Shown here: piece by piece, positions 18,201 through 27,439 of the stretch | Layout of the letters: each line of letters opens with the position of its first letter | How positions within the stretch are numbered: position 1 is the stretch's first letter | Virus record (IMG/VR): IMGVR_UViG_3300050821_010487 | Coordinates: 18,336 to 82,335 of that record | DNA: 64,000 bases | Direction: 5' to 3' (one strand) | DNA from: a virus | Position numbers and translations under genes: made by a program | The notes under the pieces: model-generated | Database searches by the model: none | Told to the model about the DNA's origin: nothing | Seen by the model: the letters and a program-made list of their open reading frames with translations, nothing else

Positions 18201-20566
18201 TGCACGACGACTACGCCAACAGCCGGATGCGTGGGCAGATCACCCGGGGACAGGCGCGTCGCGGCTACTACTACACCAACATCGGCGAGGACGCGGGGTC
18301 GCTGTCGGCGGTGGTCCCGTCGGCGGAACACCTGGAGCGGATCGAGCACGAGCCGAAGACGGCTTCGGCTGAGCCCCAGCTCGAAGCGCACGACTACGAG
18401 GGCACCGCCGGCGACCCGGCCCACATCACCCGGAACGAGAGCGGTCTGCTGCCGGTGGATTCGGTCCGGGACCTGCACGGCGTCAACGGCGAGCAGCCCG
18501 GCCACTCGGACTGGCACCGCACCGGGCAGGAGTGGGAGGACTTCAAGGGCGCGGTCGCCCGCGGCGAGGGCGGCGCCGGGGAGCCCATCTTCATCACGGT
18601 GGACCACGGCCAGGAGCCGAAGATCAGCGAGGGCAACCAGCGCCGCGACGCTTACGTGGAGAACGGCGCGTCTCACGTGCCGGTGGAGGTCCGCTACTTC
18701 GGGCATGCCGAGCAGCAGGGCACCGTCCACGAGCGCGCGATGCGCCGGACCGCTGCCGTGGAGCCGTTCGATGAAGAGACCGGAGAGCCCCGGCCGTGGC
18801 ATAAGCGCTGGGAAGGCGAAAGCGATCGGGAGACGTCCGACCGCCGCGAGCGGTATGTCCATCAGGTCGCTGAGCGTCACGGAGTAGGAGCCGAGGTAGC
18901 CAGGCACGCGATCACCCGGGTGGCGCAGGACGTCCGCACAGGCGAGCCTTTTACCGGTGTCCGTGGCTACGGCTACACCCGAAGCCCCGGCGACATGAAC
19001 GACAGCTTCTACACCGAGCGCCGGATCAAGGCCCTCAACGATCCGGAGACGTGGCGCGGCCGGAAGGTTCAGCACGTCTCTACCGATGAGGTTCATGCCT
19101 CCCAGCCATGGCTGAACCCGCCCAAACTCGCCCACAACCTGTTCCACCCTGGCAAGGACCTCCCGGCAATGGAGGGGGAGACCGGTCACCCGGACATCGA
19201 CCCGGATGAATCCTGGGAGGATGCCGGAGAGGAACGCCGCCACCAAGACTCGCTAGGCGCTACCACCCGGTTCGTGCGCCGCTCCGACGGCCGCCTCCAG
19301 GTCGGCGACGGGCACCACAGGGCCGCGATCGACATGCTGCTCGGCAAGGAGACTACCCCGGGGCTGGTGATCAACGAGCACGAGCTGGATTCACCCCCGG
19401 TACGGCTGCACGGCGAGGAGATGACCGCTCCGGAGCTGCACGCCCACATGCTGGAGCACCACGACCGCACCCGGTCCGAGCTGCCCGAGCCCAGGGATGC
19501 CAATCACCTGGACCTGGTGGACGAGCACGACCACAGCCACGAGTTCGATGACCCGAGCCACGTCCACGCTGTCCGCAAGACCGCTTCAGGCTCCGACGGT
19601 GATGACTACTTCACCTGCGCGAAGGGCCACGAGCACTGGGGCGAGCACGGCGCCGCTGGCCTGCTGATCCGGCACCGGGACGACGACGGCCTCTACCGGT
19701 ACCTGCTGCAGAAGCGGGGCCCGGACGGCACGGGCAAGGGCCAGGTTGACCACGGCGGGAAGTGGTCGATCCCGTCGGGGGCGATCGGCGAGGGCGAGGA
19801 GCCCCTGGATGGCGCCAAGCGGGAGTACCGCGAGGAGATGGGCTCGCTGCCCCAGGGCGTCACCCACCACCACTCGGTGACCTCGACAAATTGCGGGGAC
19901 TGGCGGTTCACCACCCACGTGATGGACGCCCCGGAGCGGTTCATGCCGCGCGGCCGGGGCGAGACCGAGGACGAGGTGGCCGGGGCCGCCTGGCACACCG
20001 CCAAAGAGGTCCAGGGCCTCAAGGACCGCGGCGAGCTGCACCCGGCGTTCGCCAAGTCCTGGGACGAGGTCCGGCGCTCGCGCGGCCAGAAGGAAGCCGT
20101 CAAGGGCTACGACCCGGAGCCCCGCACCGGCATGATCTACCTGGACGTCCCGCCTGAGCTGATCCACCAGGTGCCAGGCGGGGTGAACGATTCCCACATC
20201 ACACTGGTGTACCTCGGCAAGGGGCTGAGCGACGAGCAGTTCGGGGAGGCGTGCCGCCGCGCGGCCAAGGCAGCGGCCGGCGCCCAGCCCATGGAGGGCG
20301 TGCTGCGGGGCGTCGAGACCTTCCCGCCGAGCGACGGCAAGACCCCGGCGTTCGTCCCGGCCTACATCCCCGGGATCGGGGAACTGCGCCGCGGCCTGGA
20401 GGACCTGTCGGCGAGCGAGCACAAGGACTACCGTCCGCACCTCACGCTTGGATATCTGGAGCCCGGCGACGAGATGCCGCCGCCGCACCCGCCCGTCCAC
20501 CTGCGGTTCACCCACCTGCACGTGAAGCGCGGCGACCAGGTGGTAGCTTTCCCCCTGGGTGGTTAG
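15188..20566 (+). CDS. Giant polyvalent protein B (3 ART-fold, GNAT, Pol-beta nucleotidyltransferase, 2 ParB, NUDIX, 2H phosphoesterase)
   Basis: RGKGIGAGLL (GNAT); WYHGT x2; VGGSASE...DLDV (NTase); EGNQR and DGHHR (ParB); GAIGEGEEPLDGAKREYREEMG (NUDIX box); HITL...HLTL (2H). Confidence 0.85.
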   Translation: MSRQAEAAVTEPVYGGYAHQWDDYEDPEDNEDEYDTCYHCQRNHNPHEHAGDQTFSPDWHEELPKIPSIHRSVGVVLPDELDKKVHDPATPPHEAASALMHHLTTAYPYQGHTHWSAHQGLEHAEKTFGHAHPEGYHGPSSKITRVMMHAKTPRPDDIEYDNDSLIEDEISPYRHPEYEVPLHPNAPVHLTGVSWSRPQTGRWNEGGSKWHSDPAPAVHHHMFGKPFELTAALDRAAALKRATAAIEHEPTGDGAHWFEHFDSEGNSAGHAIVHERPDHTWVQSMTVNPGERGKGIGAGLLDHVQNHFGKPLRLKPYPIGEREDDPGEEQLRDWYGRRGFTDYERREGDDLDAHDWMERHAAGEILRNPHTQGREWYHGTKASSEQLAGGFRIADSDPDPDWPAHWSTGVGVHFAAHHSMASKFADPNIGVGGKGGAADPWHSTTPSVVHARLHITNPKVYPNEDRMADDVFEHEYDHRKNYISRYLDGGDKEGDKEAPYAASDYFSYDHHPSERPSRGEDEHFDDWEDHSEWGEEQPEPVYRREQWLNLHPDQAGIAKRYRERLQSEGHDGIVYGNSAPDERVRSSKPESNMAAIAFHPHQIEITKHHVHGDEHKTAARWEPSSGVFGPTTGHDPRLFENHELRPEVRRDLMERLDRALRVDTGLVGSDWQDWTRIYLVGGSASEWAGARPNDAAQDLDVVIGVNFFEARRHQSQSDAFQNMDSDQIATAFNSALRAAFNDPDWHPGFGGTWQLTAYVNPLAWDITAIKPYAAYDVSDMKWAVHPPHLPEHSVADFHPAILAIARAVATEVRAVLRLPEPARTREARALWERIHSDRSRAFSGEGEGWEDPGNLIEKYLAYAPGNILGQIKDLVWAQTKTADLQQQVKTAVATGVWYHGTPDDRNWEHGAANGLHIGTEEAARQALNARIGKPHEGEWDGTRPYGRTLLSPAQTTGVERNLTMPRYPSGRATYSDGKQVPADARPNIFPVRVKGEMANTPHDPVHDDYANSRMRGQITRGQARRGYYYTNIGEDAGSLSAVVPSAEHLERIEHEPKTASAEPQLEAHDYEGTAGDPAHITRNESGLLPVDSVRDLHGVNGEQPGHSDWHRTGQEWEDFKGAVARGEGGAGEPIFITVDHGQEPKISEGNQRRDAYVENGASHVPVEVRYFGHAEQQGTVHERAMRRTAAVEPFDEETGEPRPWHKRWEGESDRETSDRRERYVHQVAERHGVGAEVARHAITRVAQDVRTGEPFTGVRGYGYTRSPGDMNDSFYTERRIKALNDPETWRGRKVQHVSTDEVHASQPWLNPPKLAHNLFHPGKDLPAMEGETGHPDIDPDESWEDAGEERRHQDSLGATTRFVRRSDGRLQVGDGHHRAAIDMLLGKETTPGLVINEHELDSPPVRLHGEEMTAPELHAHMLEHHDRTRSELPEPRDANHLDLVDEHDHSHEFDDPSHVHAVRKTASGSDGDDYFTCAKGHEHWGEHGAAGLLIRHRDDDGLYRYLLQKRGPDGTGKGQVDHGGKWSIPSGAIGEGEEPLDGAKREYREEMGSLPQGVTHHHSVTSTNCGDWRFTTHVMDAPERFMPRGRGETEDEVAGAAWHTAKEVQGLKDRGELHPAFAKSWDEVRRSRGQKEAVKGYDPEPRTGMIYLDVPPELIHQVPGGVNDSHITLVYLGKGLSDEQFGEACRRAAKAAAGAQPMEGVLRGVETFPPSDGKTPAFVPAYIPGIGELRRGLEDLSASEHKDYRPHLTLGYLEPGDEMPPPHPPVHLRFTHLHVKRGDQVVAFPLGG

Positions 20567-20594
20567 CAAGCAAGGCTGTATCCAGGAGGAATGG

Positions 20595-20834
20595 GTGGAA
20601 AAGGCCGAATACCCCCAGCGGCAGTGCCGGCAGCCGGTCACTGAGGACGGCCTGATCGACCACTTCTGCGACGGCCCCGACCTGCACCCCGGGCCCTGCG
20701 CCCCGTCCACCTCGGAGGCCGCACTGAAGCGCCGTCAGGCCTGGGAGGACGCCCATCCGGGATGGGAGAAGCTGATGAGGCCCGCCGACCCGTTCGCCGA
20801 GATAGGCGCCACCGTCCCCGAGGAGCGCAAGTGA
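20595..20834 (+). CDS. Hypothetical protein
   Basis: AGGAGG RBS before GTG 20595. Confidence 0.65.
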   Translation: MEKAEYPQRQCRQPVTEDGLIDHFCDGPDLHPGPCAPSTSEAALKRRQAWEDAHPGWEKLMRPADPFAEIGATVPEERK

Positions 20835-21115
20835 CGCAGCCCAGCGAAGTGATGATCAGCCGCCTGGCCCCCGAGCCGGGCGCCCCTGCCCCCGCCGCGA
20901 GCGCGCCATCGCGCGGGCCGGAGTTCCTGATCGAGATCCTGGCCCCGTCCGACGGCGCACCGCTGCTGCGCATGTTCGAGCGCGGCGGCAGGCTGGCCGT
21001 CGAGTACGACGACAGCCGGCTGGAGGAGGGTGCCAGGGCGTTCGTCCACGAGATGATGCGCTGGTCCGGCCTGGCTGGCATCGACTGGAAGAACGAGGCT
21101 AAGGCGGCCGGGTGA
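20831..21115 (+). CDS. Hypothetical protein
   Basis: GTGA coupling at both ends. Confidence 0.65.
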   Translation: MTQPSEVMISRLAPEPGAPAPAASAPSRGPEFLIEILAPSDGAPLLRMFERGGRLAVEYDDSRLEEGARAFVHEMMRWSGLAGIDWKNEAKAAG

Positions 21116-21495
21116 GCGAGCCCGTCTTCGTCTGCCCGCGGTGCGCGCATTTCAGCCAGCACCCGCTGGAGGTCTACTTCCAGTGGTGCGCGGCCTGCAA
21201 GACCGTAACAGGCATCCCGCGGAAGTGTGTGCACGAGACCGAGCCTCAGCCCACGACCCCCTGGCGGGTCATCCGCGACAACCAGGACGACTGCCTGCTG
21301 GCGATCGAGCGCCGCAACCCGCTGCCGGTCAAGGCGCTCAAAGCGCTGCCGCCGTGGCGCGCGGTCATGATGGCCACGGTCGCCAACCGTGCCTGCATCT
21401 GCTTGGAGCGGGGGACCCTCGCCCAGATCCACGCCGAAGCCGCCGCGGTGGGTGGCACCGGCAAGCTCGGCGACTGGTGGGAGAGACCAGAATGA
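21112..21495 (+). CDS. Hypothetical zinc-ribbon protein
   Basis: CPRC...CAAC. Confidence 0.65.
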   Translation: MSEPVFVCPRCAHFSQHPLEVYFQWCAACKTVTGIPRKCVHETEPQPTTPWRVIRDNQDDCLLAIERRNPLPVKALKALPPWRAVMMATVANRACICLERGTLAQIHAEAAAVGGTGKLGDWWERPE

Positions 21496-22214
21496 AGATC
21501 GGTGTGCAGAACCTGTCCACGCTCGTCAGCGGCGAAGACGCTTACATCATGGCGATGCTGGTGGACAAGCAGCTCCGCGAGCACGCCGCGCCTGCCTGGG
21601 GGCTGCTGCCGCCGGCGGTCGCCTATCTCGGCACCGGCATCCGGGGCACGCCCTACCAGAACGCGATCATCGGCATTCTGGACGACGCCGACCAGGCGGG
21701 CGACCTCGGCTGGCACACCGAGGGGCCCGACGCCGACGTCTACGGCCGGGTGTTCGCCCGGCCGGTGCTCGGCAACGGCGGCAGCGCACTCGGCCCGGTG
21801 GGCCTGACGGTGTGCTCGGTGCTGAGCCACGAGTGCCTGGAGACGTTGCTCGACCCGGCGTGTGACTTGTGGGCCCAGGCTGCCGACGGCACGCTGTACG
21901 CCCGGGAGCTGGGTGACCCGGTGGAGTCCGACTCCTACTTGATCGAGATCACGGCGTCGGATACCAGCTCGGTCATGAGCACAGTCTCGGATTTCGTGCT
22001 GCCGTCATGGTTCGACCCGGACGCCGCGTCCGGGCAGACCGACTACATGGGCCTGACCACGGCCCCGTTCGAGGTCCGGTCCACCGGATACGTGATCGTG
22101 ATGCAGGACGGCGTGATCAGCTCGCAATGGGGTGACGAGTATCCCGAGTGGCGCAAGGCCACCAAGCTGACTCCCGCCGCCCGCACCGCCCGCCGCCTAC
22201 AGAGAGGAAGCTAG
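21492..22214 (+). CDS. Putative zincin-like metalloprotein
   Basis: GWH...SHECLETLLDP...ELGDPVE (HExxE-type motif). Confidence 0.55.
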   Translation: MKIGVQNLSTLVSGEDAYIMAMLVDKQLREHAAPAWGLLPPAVAYLGTGIRGTPYQNAIIGILDDADQAGDLGWHTEGPDADVYGRVFARPVLGNGGSALGPVGLTVCSVLSHECLETLLDPACDLWAQAADGTLYARELGDPVESDSYLIEITASDTSSVMSTVSDFVLPSWFDPDAASGQTDYMGLTTAPFEVRSTGYVIVMQDGVISSQWGDEYPEWRKATKLTPAARTARRLQRGS

Positions 22215-22216
22215 TT

Positions 22217-22324
22217 ATGCATCTCTTCGAGCAATGTGCCGGAATCTTCGCGGGGCTAGTTGTCGGCAGCGTCCTGGTCCTGTGGCTTCGCCACTTCTCC
22301 TGGTGGCCGAAGCCCCGAGGTTGA
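22217..22324 (+). CDS. 35 aa membrane peptide (not in ORF track)
   Basis: MHLFEQCAGIFAGLVVGSVLVLWLRHFSWWPKPRG; AGAGGA RBS. Confidence 0.45.
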   Translation: MHLFEQCAGIFAGLVVGSVLVLWLRHFSWWPKPRG

Positions 22325-22429
22325 CTAGCAAGGAAAGCTGTATTACCCTTGCTCGTGGTGAGATTGGTCTGCGAGAGCCTCCGGCTCACCGGTTCCTTGC
22401 AAGCAGTGGCCCCGATGGTCCCTGCCGCG

Positions 22430-22472
22430 CCGGGTGCACCCGAGCCACAACGGGTGCACCCGGTTCGTCGTT
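22430..22472 (+). terminator. Hairpin made of two 12 bp palindromes
   Basis: CGGGTGCACCCG at 22431 and 22451, followed by TTCGTCGTT. Confidence 0.6.
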
Positions 22473-22486
22473 GAGAGGGGAGAGCG

Positions 22487-23113
22487 GTGGACAGCAAAGA
22501 AGCCAGGCTCCAGGACTTGTACCAGGGCTACGCGGAAACCGAGATCCTGCAGCAGGTCAGGCACCGGGACGGCAAGCCCAAGACCCTGGTCATGCCCAAG
22601 GGCCCTCTCGACTCCCCGCTGGCCATCGTCGGCGAGGCACCGGGCCGCGACGAGGAGCAGACCGGTGAGCCGTTCACCGGCAACGCCGGCCGGCTGCTGC
22701 AGGAGCTGTTCGCGGAGGCCATGATCCCGTGGCAGTTCTGTTACCGGGCCAACGTGCTCCCGTGGCGCCCGTCGCTCGCCAACCGCACCCCCTACCCGTT
22801 TGAGATCGACGCCTCCGTGCTCCGTGTCCAGGCTGAGATCGCGCTCGTAGGCCCGCAGATCGTGATCGCGGCCGGGGCGGTCGCCTGGCAGGGGATCACC
22901 GCCCGGCAGATCATGCATTTCGCGGCTGCCCGCGGCCGGTGGGTCCGGAACTGGTCCCCCGGCTGGTACGCCCACTTCCAGTGTGACCTGCTCGCGATCT
23001 ACCACCCGGCCGCCCTGCTGCACGCCCCGGCGACCAGGCGCAGCGAGATGCGGGCCGAGACCGTGGCCGCCCTGCGCAGCGTCCTGGCAGGCGAGCGTGT
23101 CGCAGCCGCCTGA
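22487..23113 (+). CDS. Uracil-DNA glycosylase, family 4-like
   Basis: IVGEAPGRDE, PFTGNAGRLL, YHPAALL. Confidence 0.88.
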   Translation: MDSKEARLQDLYQGYAETEILQQVRHRDGKPKTLVMPKGPLDSPLAIVGEAPGRDEEQTGEPFTGNAGRLLQELFAEAMIPWQFCYRANVLPWRPSLANRTPYPFEIDASVLRVQAEIALVGPQIVIAAGAVAWQGITARQIMHFAAARGRWVRNWSPGWYAHFQCDLLAIYHPAALLHAPATRRSEMRAETVAALRSVLAGERVAAA

Positions 23114-23432
23114 GGAGGCCGGGGCCCCCGAGGTGGAGGGCCCCGACTTCAGCGACCTGCCTGACTCGCACGCGGAGCTGTGGAAGGTGGTGCTCGACAT
23201 CGAGCACCACGAGCGGCTGACGGCAGCGCTGAAAGGCCACGCGCCGGGGGAGCCGGCCCACTCCGAGGCGCTGAAGTTCATGCAGCAGCAGGGCGCGCAC
23301 CTGCGGGTGCTGCTGGCGGTGATGCTTCTGGACGCCTACGGCATCGAGGCGCCCGATACCGAAGCGTCACCGTACGGGCATGCGGGGAAGGCCCGCGCTT
23401 TCGGCAGTGACCTCAAGCCCCCGCCCGCGTAA
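23097..23432 (+). CDS. Hypothetical protein
   Basis: Coding-like frame downstream of UDG. Confidence 0.6.
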   Translation: MSQPPEEAGAPEVEGPDFSDLPDSHAELWKVVLDIEHHERLTAALKGHAPGEPAHSEALKFMQQQGAHLRVLLAVMLLDAYGIEAPDTEASPYGHAGKARAFGSDLKPPPA

Positions 23433-23490
23433 CGTTTGACCCGCTGGGGACCCACCGGCTCGCCCTCCCTGCCTTCTGCCACCGGAAGGT

Positions 23491-23997
23491 ATGGAGGGCG
23501 AGTCTTTGTCTACGACCACTGTCTGGGAATCTGGCCTGACGTGCGATGGCTCCGAGTGCGGGCGGGAGTTCGTGCTCGGCGAGGAGTTCATCTTCTGGTA
23601 CGGGCAGAAGCTCTGCCAGCCCTGCGCCGCCAAGGACGCCGCCGGCCGCCGCGTGGCCGCCTGCGAGAGCGAGGACGTCCTGGACGTGGCCCGCCGTCAC
23701 CTGGACGCCGGAGGCCGCGTGATCCTCACCAGGCGCCAGCTCCGCGAGCTGATCGCCCTGGCGTGCGCCGGCCCCTCCTTCACTCCGGTGCGCAAGCCCG
23801 ACGCCGGCCATGGCCGCAAGCAGTGGTACGGCCGGCTGGCCGGGTGGGATGCGCGGCGGGTCGCCGCGGGCCTGTCCGCCGAAGAGGTGGCAGGCCTGTG
23901 GTCCGACTTCCTGGACGTCGGGCGCATGCCCCCGATCCGGCATTCCGACGTCGCGAGCCTTGTCACGGCGATCGGTGCTCCCGCCGCCGCCGCGTAA
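23491..23997 (+). CDS. Hypothetical protein with N-terminal Cys cluster
   Basis: CDGSEC...CQPC. Confidence 0.65.
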   Translation: MEGESLSTTTVWESGLTCDGSECGREFVLGEEFIFWYGQKLCQPCAAKDAAGRRVAACESEDVLDVARRHLDAGGRVILTRRQLRELIALACAGPSFTPVRKPDAGHGRKQWYGRLAGWDARRVAAGLSAEEVAGLWSDFLDVGRMPPIRHSDVASLVTAIGAPAAAA

Positions 23998-24094
23998 CCG
24001 AGCTGTGTTCGTGACCGTCCCGTGACCGCCTGGCTTTTGCGACCTGTGACCGGGCCGCAGAAGAAATGAGACCAGCGACACGGAGGACGGCCCG

Positions 24095-27000
24095 ATGACT
24101 GACCGCAGCGACCTGGTGCGCGCGATCCACGCAGCCAAGACCGGCCGGGATATCTCCCGGGCCGTCGCGGCGCTCGACGCCCACGACCGGGCGGCCGTCC
24201 GCACGGCTGCCGCAGACAGAGAGCTGGACCTCGGCCACCGGATGGCCGCGAGCCGGCTGGACCCGGTCCCGGTGCACGAGCTGCACACCGCCGCGACCGA
24301 CTGGCTGGCCGACTTCCAGGAACCCCAGGGTGACGGCAACTTCCGGACCGCGATGATCGCCGAGGCATCCACCTGGTACTCCCGCCTCGACCCCGCGGTG
24401 CGCGAGGATGGCCAGGAGCTGACCGAGCAGGCACGCGGGCGCGCGCGCAGCCTCGCCTCCGCCTACGGCTCCCAGGCCCGTGCGGCCGAGCGCGAGTTCC
24501 TGCAGACCGTCGGCTACCTGCAGAGCCAGGCTGCCAGCGGCCTGCCACAGATCGACCAGACGATCGACCCGAACAACCAGCCGTCCGCGACGCCTTACCC
24601 CGCCGAGGTGTTCCCGACTTTCGGGGAGGAGCAGGACCAGTTCAACGGCGTCGAGACCAACAACCACGGCTCCGGCGCCGCCAGCACGGGGGCGCCGATG
24701 CTGCAGCAGCTCCAGCAGCAGCAGAACTCGGGCTCGGGCTTCGGCTCAGGACCTGAGAAGCCCGACGAGCACGGCACCGCGTTCGACACTTCGAACAGCT
24801 ACGCCGAGGTCCCGCTGGGCACCCCCGGACAGATCCCGACGGCGGCTCCGGGCCAGGGCCCCACGCAGCCGTCGAGCGCCCCGACCCCGATGGAGGGCCA
24901 GCCGCAGGACGAGGGTGCCGACCGGCGCCAGGCGGTGGCCGCGGTGCAGGGCTACAGCTTCCCGGACGCTTTCGGCTACCGGTGGGTGATGACCAGCGAG
25001 GTCATGCACCCGTTCCACGAGAAGTGCGCCGCCGCCCACTGGCCGGAGGAGGGATGCGGCGACCGGTCCCACACCGCTTCGGTGGCGATCGGCTACCAGA
25101 TGGACCTGGACAAGGCCCGCCTGCTGGCCGGGGCCGAGCGCCTGGGCGTCCAGGAGGGCCTGCGGGCCTTCCACGGGTCGAAGACCCTCGCCGACCTGGT
25201 CGTGGCCCACAACCGGTTCACGAGCGCCTGGGGCGAGAGCGACCGGTCGGATGCGGACAGCGCGGTGCTGCACGGCTTCATGGCCGTGGTGCGGCCGGTG
25301 ATGGCGGAGATGCTCCCGAACCACGCCTACCGCGGCGACGAGGAGCTGATGCGCCGTCACGCGGCTGGTGGCCTGGCGGCCGGCGGGGTTACCGAGCAGG
25401 AGCGCGCGGATGCCACGCACCACCTGCCGGGCACCGACAAGTTTCCGATCGACTCGGCGGCTGACGTCCGCAACGCCCTGCACGACGTGGGCCGCACCAA
25501 CGAGCCCCACGCCAAGGTCATGCATTACCTCCACGACATGGAGAACGAGTACCACGTCGGGGGCCTTCAGAGGATCGCCGCTAGCGGCGGGTGTGCCAAC
25601 TGCCAGCACGGTGACCACGAGGGGTGCCGGACCGGGCAGTGCGACTGCGCCAAGGCAGGGCACAAGGCCCACCAGGGGAGCCGCCTGGATTTTAGGGGAG
25701 GGGCCGCTGGGCCCCGCCAGGGCGCATCCAGCCTCACCCAGGTCCAGCAGATCACCGACCCGGACAACCAGCCCACCCCCCAGGATGACAGCCTGCCCGA
25801 GGGCGTGGCGTTCCCGCTGAACGAGGAGTACTCGGCGCAGTGGGTGACCGGCCCTGGCGGCGCCGCGCCTAAGGGCGCCACGCCCCAGGCCGAGGCCGGG
25901 GGGATGAAGGGCCTGCCCCAGAGCGCCGCCCAGATGTTCGGGCACATGGACGCGGTCGAGGGCAAGGAGCCGCACCACAAGGACCACTACCCGTACACGT
26001 CCCGGGCCCACGGCAGCTACCTGCGCGGCTGGAACAACACCAATGCCGTGATGACCGCGTACAACGGCACCGACCCGATCAACCGCGAGGCCTACAGCGG
26101 CCTGACCGGCCGGCCGGACCTGCACGCCCACTGGCGCGACGCCTACGACACCGCGGTGCGCAACTACTCGACCAACCAGGGGCACTCCAACGAGGCCAGC
26201 CTCCGCACCGCCGCCGACAGCGGCTCGGGCGTATCCTCCAGCACCGACCGGTGTGCCGACTGCGGGCACGAGCGCAGCCAGACCAGCGGGGGCTGTGTGC
26301 AGCACTGCCCGGGGTGCGCCTGCGATCCCAGTGCGCCGCCGAGGAAGCACGTCCCGCTGCGGCCCCGCCAGGCCGACGCCTGGAGCCAGCCGCGCCAGAC
26401 CACCGACGACTTCGCCCCGCCGTTCAGCCAGCCGGCCACCAACGCGCCGATGACCCAGAACCAGGGTGACTACGAGGCCGGGGCGGCTGCCGCGAAGGCG
26501 GACAAGGCCTCCGGGCAGCGCCCGGCGTTCGCCGACAACTCCTCGGCGGTCTCGCCTTATGTGAAGGGGTACGCCGAGACCTGGGGCGCCTCCAGCGAGC
26601 CCCAGGGCGCCCAGGACGTCCCGTACTCGATGGGCGGGGACTCCGGGCAGGCGATGAACGCCCAGGAGGCGCAGAGAGGCTTCCAGGCATCTCCGCTGTC
26701 GGAGATCTCGGCCGCGTTCGTGCCCGCGGAGCTGCGCGGCAACCCGGACTTCTCGAAGGCCTACCGGTACGCCCAGATCTGGGGCCCTGGCACGCCGCTG
26801 GTGAAGCGGGGCTCGGCCGCGTTCGAGGCCGGCCTGTACGCGGGGGTGACCGACCGGCCGCAGATCCAGCAGGTGTTCCTGGCCGAGCACGCGCTGCACG
26901 CCAAGGACCATCCTGACCTGGCTCAGCGGATCGCGCTGCACCGGTCGTTCAGCGTCAAGACCGCGGGCAAGACCCGTGGCCTGCGCACCGAGGGCGCGTA

Positions 27001-27439
27001 CCTGGTGCGCAAGGCGGGCACGACCACCGACCTGATCACCGACGGGCCGGGGACCTCCCCGGACCCGATGGGTGCTACCCCGCTGAACGGTCCCGGCACG
27101 CCGCCGCCGATGGGCGGGCTCAGCGAGCCGGCCGCCCCGGGCGGTGCCCCGCCGTACCAGGGGGCGCCGCCGCTGTCAGGCGGCCCGGTGGTCCCGGACG
27201 ACGTGATGGGGCACTCCCAGCAGGAGCCGCAGCCCGACGGGCCGTTCACCAGCACGTTCAGTGGTGACCACCCGGAGAACACCACCCTGGCGCCGGTCGC
27301 GCCGAACAGCGCTGACGAGCCGGGCTACTCGAACAAGGACGCCTACCAGGGCGGCCGTGGCCCCGACCGGGTGGCCATGAAGGAAGCGTTCCGCCGGCGG
27401 GTCCAGGCCGGACTGGCCCAGATGAGGGAGGCACAGTGA
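24095..27439 (+). CDS. Large low-complexity protein, probable virion/head-associated
   Basis: 1114 aa, GGAGG RBS; internal repeat ASxLxQxxQxxDPxNQP; DUF6582-like KFPIDSAADVRNAL; many [KR]xA linkers. Confidence 0.6.
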   Translation: MTDRSDLVRAIHAAKTGRDISRAVAALDAHDRAAVRTAAADRELDLGHRMAASRLDPVPVHELHTAATDWLADFQEPQGDGNFRTAMIAEASTWYSRLDPAVREDGQELTEQARGRARSLASAYGSQARAAEREFLQTVGYLQSQAASGLPQIDQTIDPNNQPSATPYPAEVFPTFGEEQDQFNGVETNNHGSGAASTGAPMLQQLQQQQNSGSGFGSGPEKPDEHGTAFDTSNSYAEVPLGTPGQIPTAAPGQGPTQPSSAPTPMEGQPQDEGADRRQAVAAVQGYSFPDAFGYRWVMTSEVMHPFHEKCAAAHWPEEGCGDRSHTASVAIGYQMDLDKARLLAGAERLGVQEGLRAFHGSKTLADLVVAHNRFTSAWGESDRSDADSAVLHGFMAVVRPVMAEMLPNHAYRGDEELMRRHAAGGLAAGGVTEQERADATHHLPGTDKFPIDSAADVRNALHDVGRTNEPHAKVMHYLHDMENEYHVGGLQRIAASGGCANCQHGDHEGCRTGQCDCAKAGHKAHQGSRLDFRGGAAGPRQGASSLTQVQQITDPDNQPTPQDDSLPEGVAFPLNEEYSAQWVTGPGGAAPKGATPQAEAGGMKGLPQSAAQMFGHMDAVEGKEPHHKDHYPYTSRAHGSYLRGWNNTNAVMTAYNGTDPINREAYSGLTGRPDLHAHWRDAYDTAVRNYSTNQGHSNEASLRTAADSGSGVSSSTDRCADCGHERSQTSGGCVQHCPGCACDPSAPPRKHVPLRPRQADAWSQPRQTTDDFAPPFSQPATNAPMTQNQGDYEAGAAAAKADKASGQRPAFADNSSAVSPYVKGYAETWGASSEPQGAQDVPYSMGGDSGQAMNAQEAQRGFQASPLSEISAAFVPAELRGNPDFSKAYRYAQIWGPGTPLVKRGSAAFEAGLYAGVTDRPQIQQVFLAEHALHAKDHPDLAQRIALHRSFSVKTAGKTRGLRTEGAYLVRKAGTTTDLITDGPGTSPDPMGATPLNGPGTPPPMGGLSEPAAPGGAPPYQGAPPLSGGPVVPDDVMGHSQQEPQPDGPFTSTFSGDHPENTTLAPVAPNSADEPGYSNKDAYQGGRGPDRVAMKEAFRRRVQAGLAQMREAQ

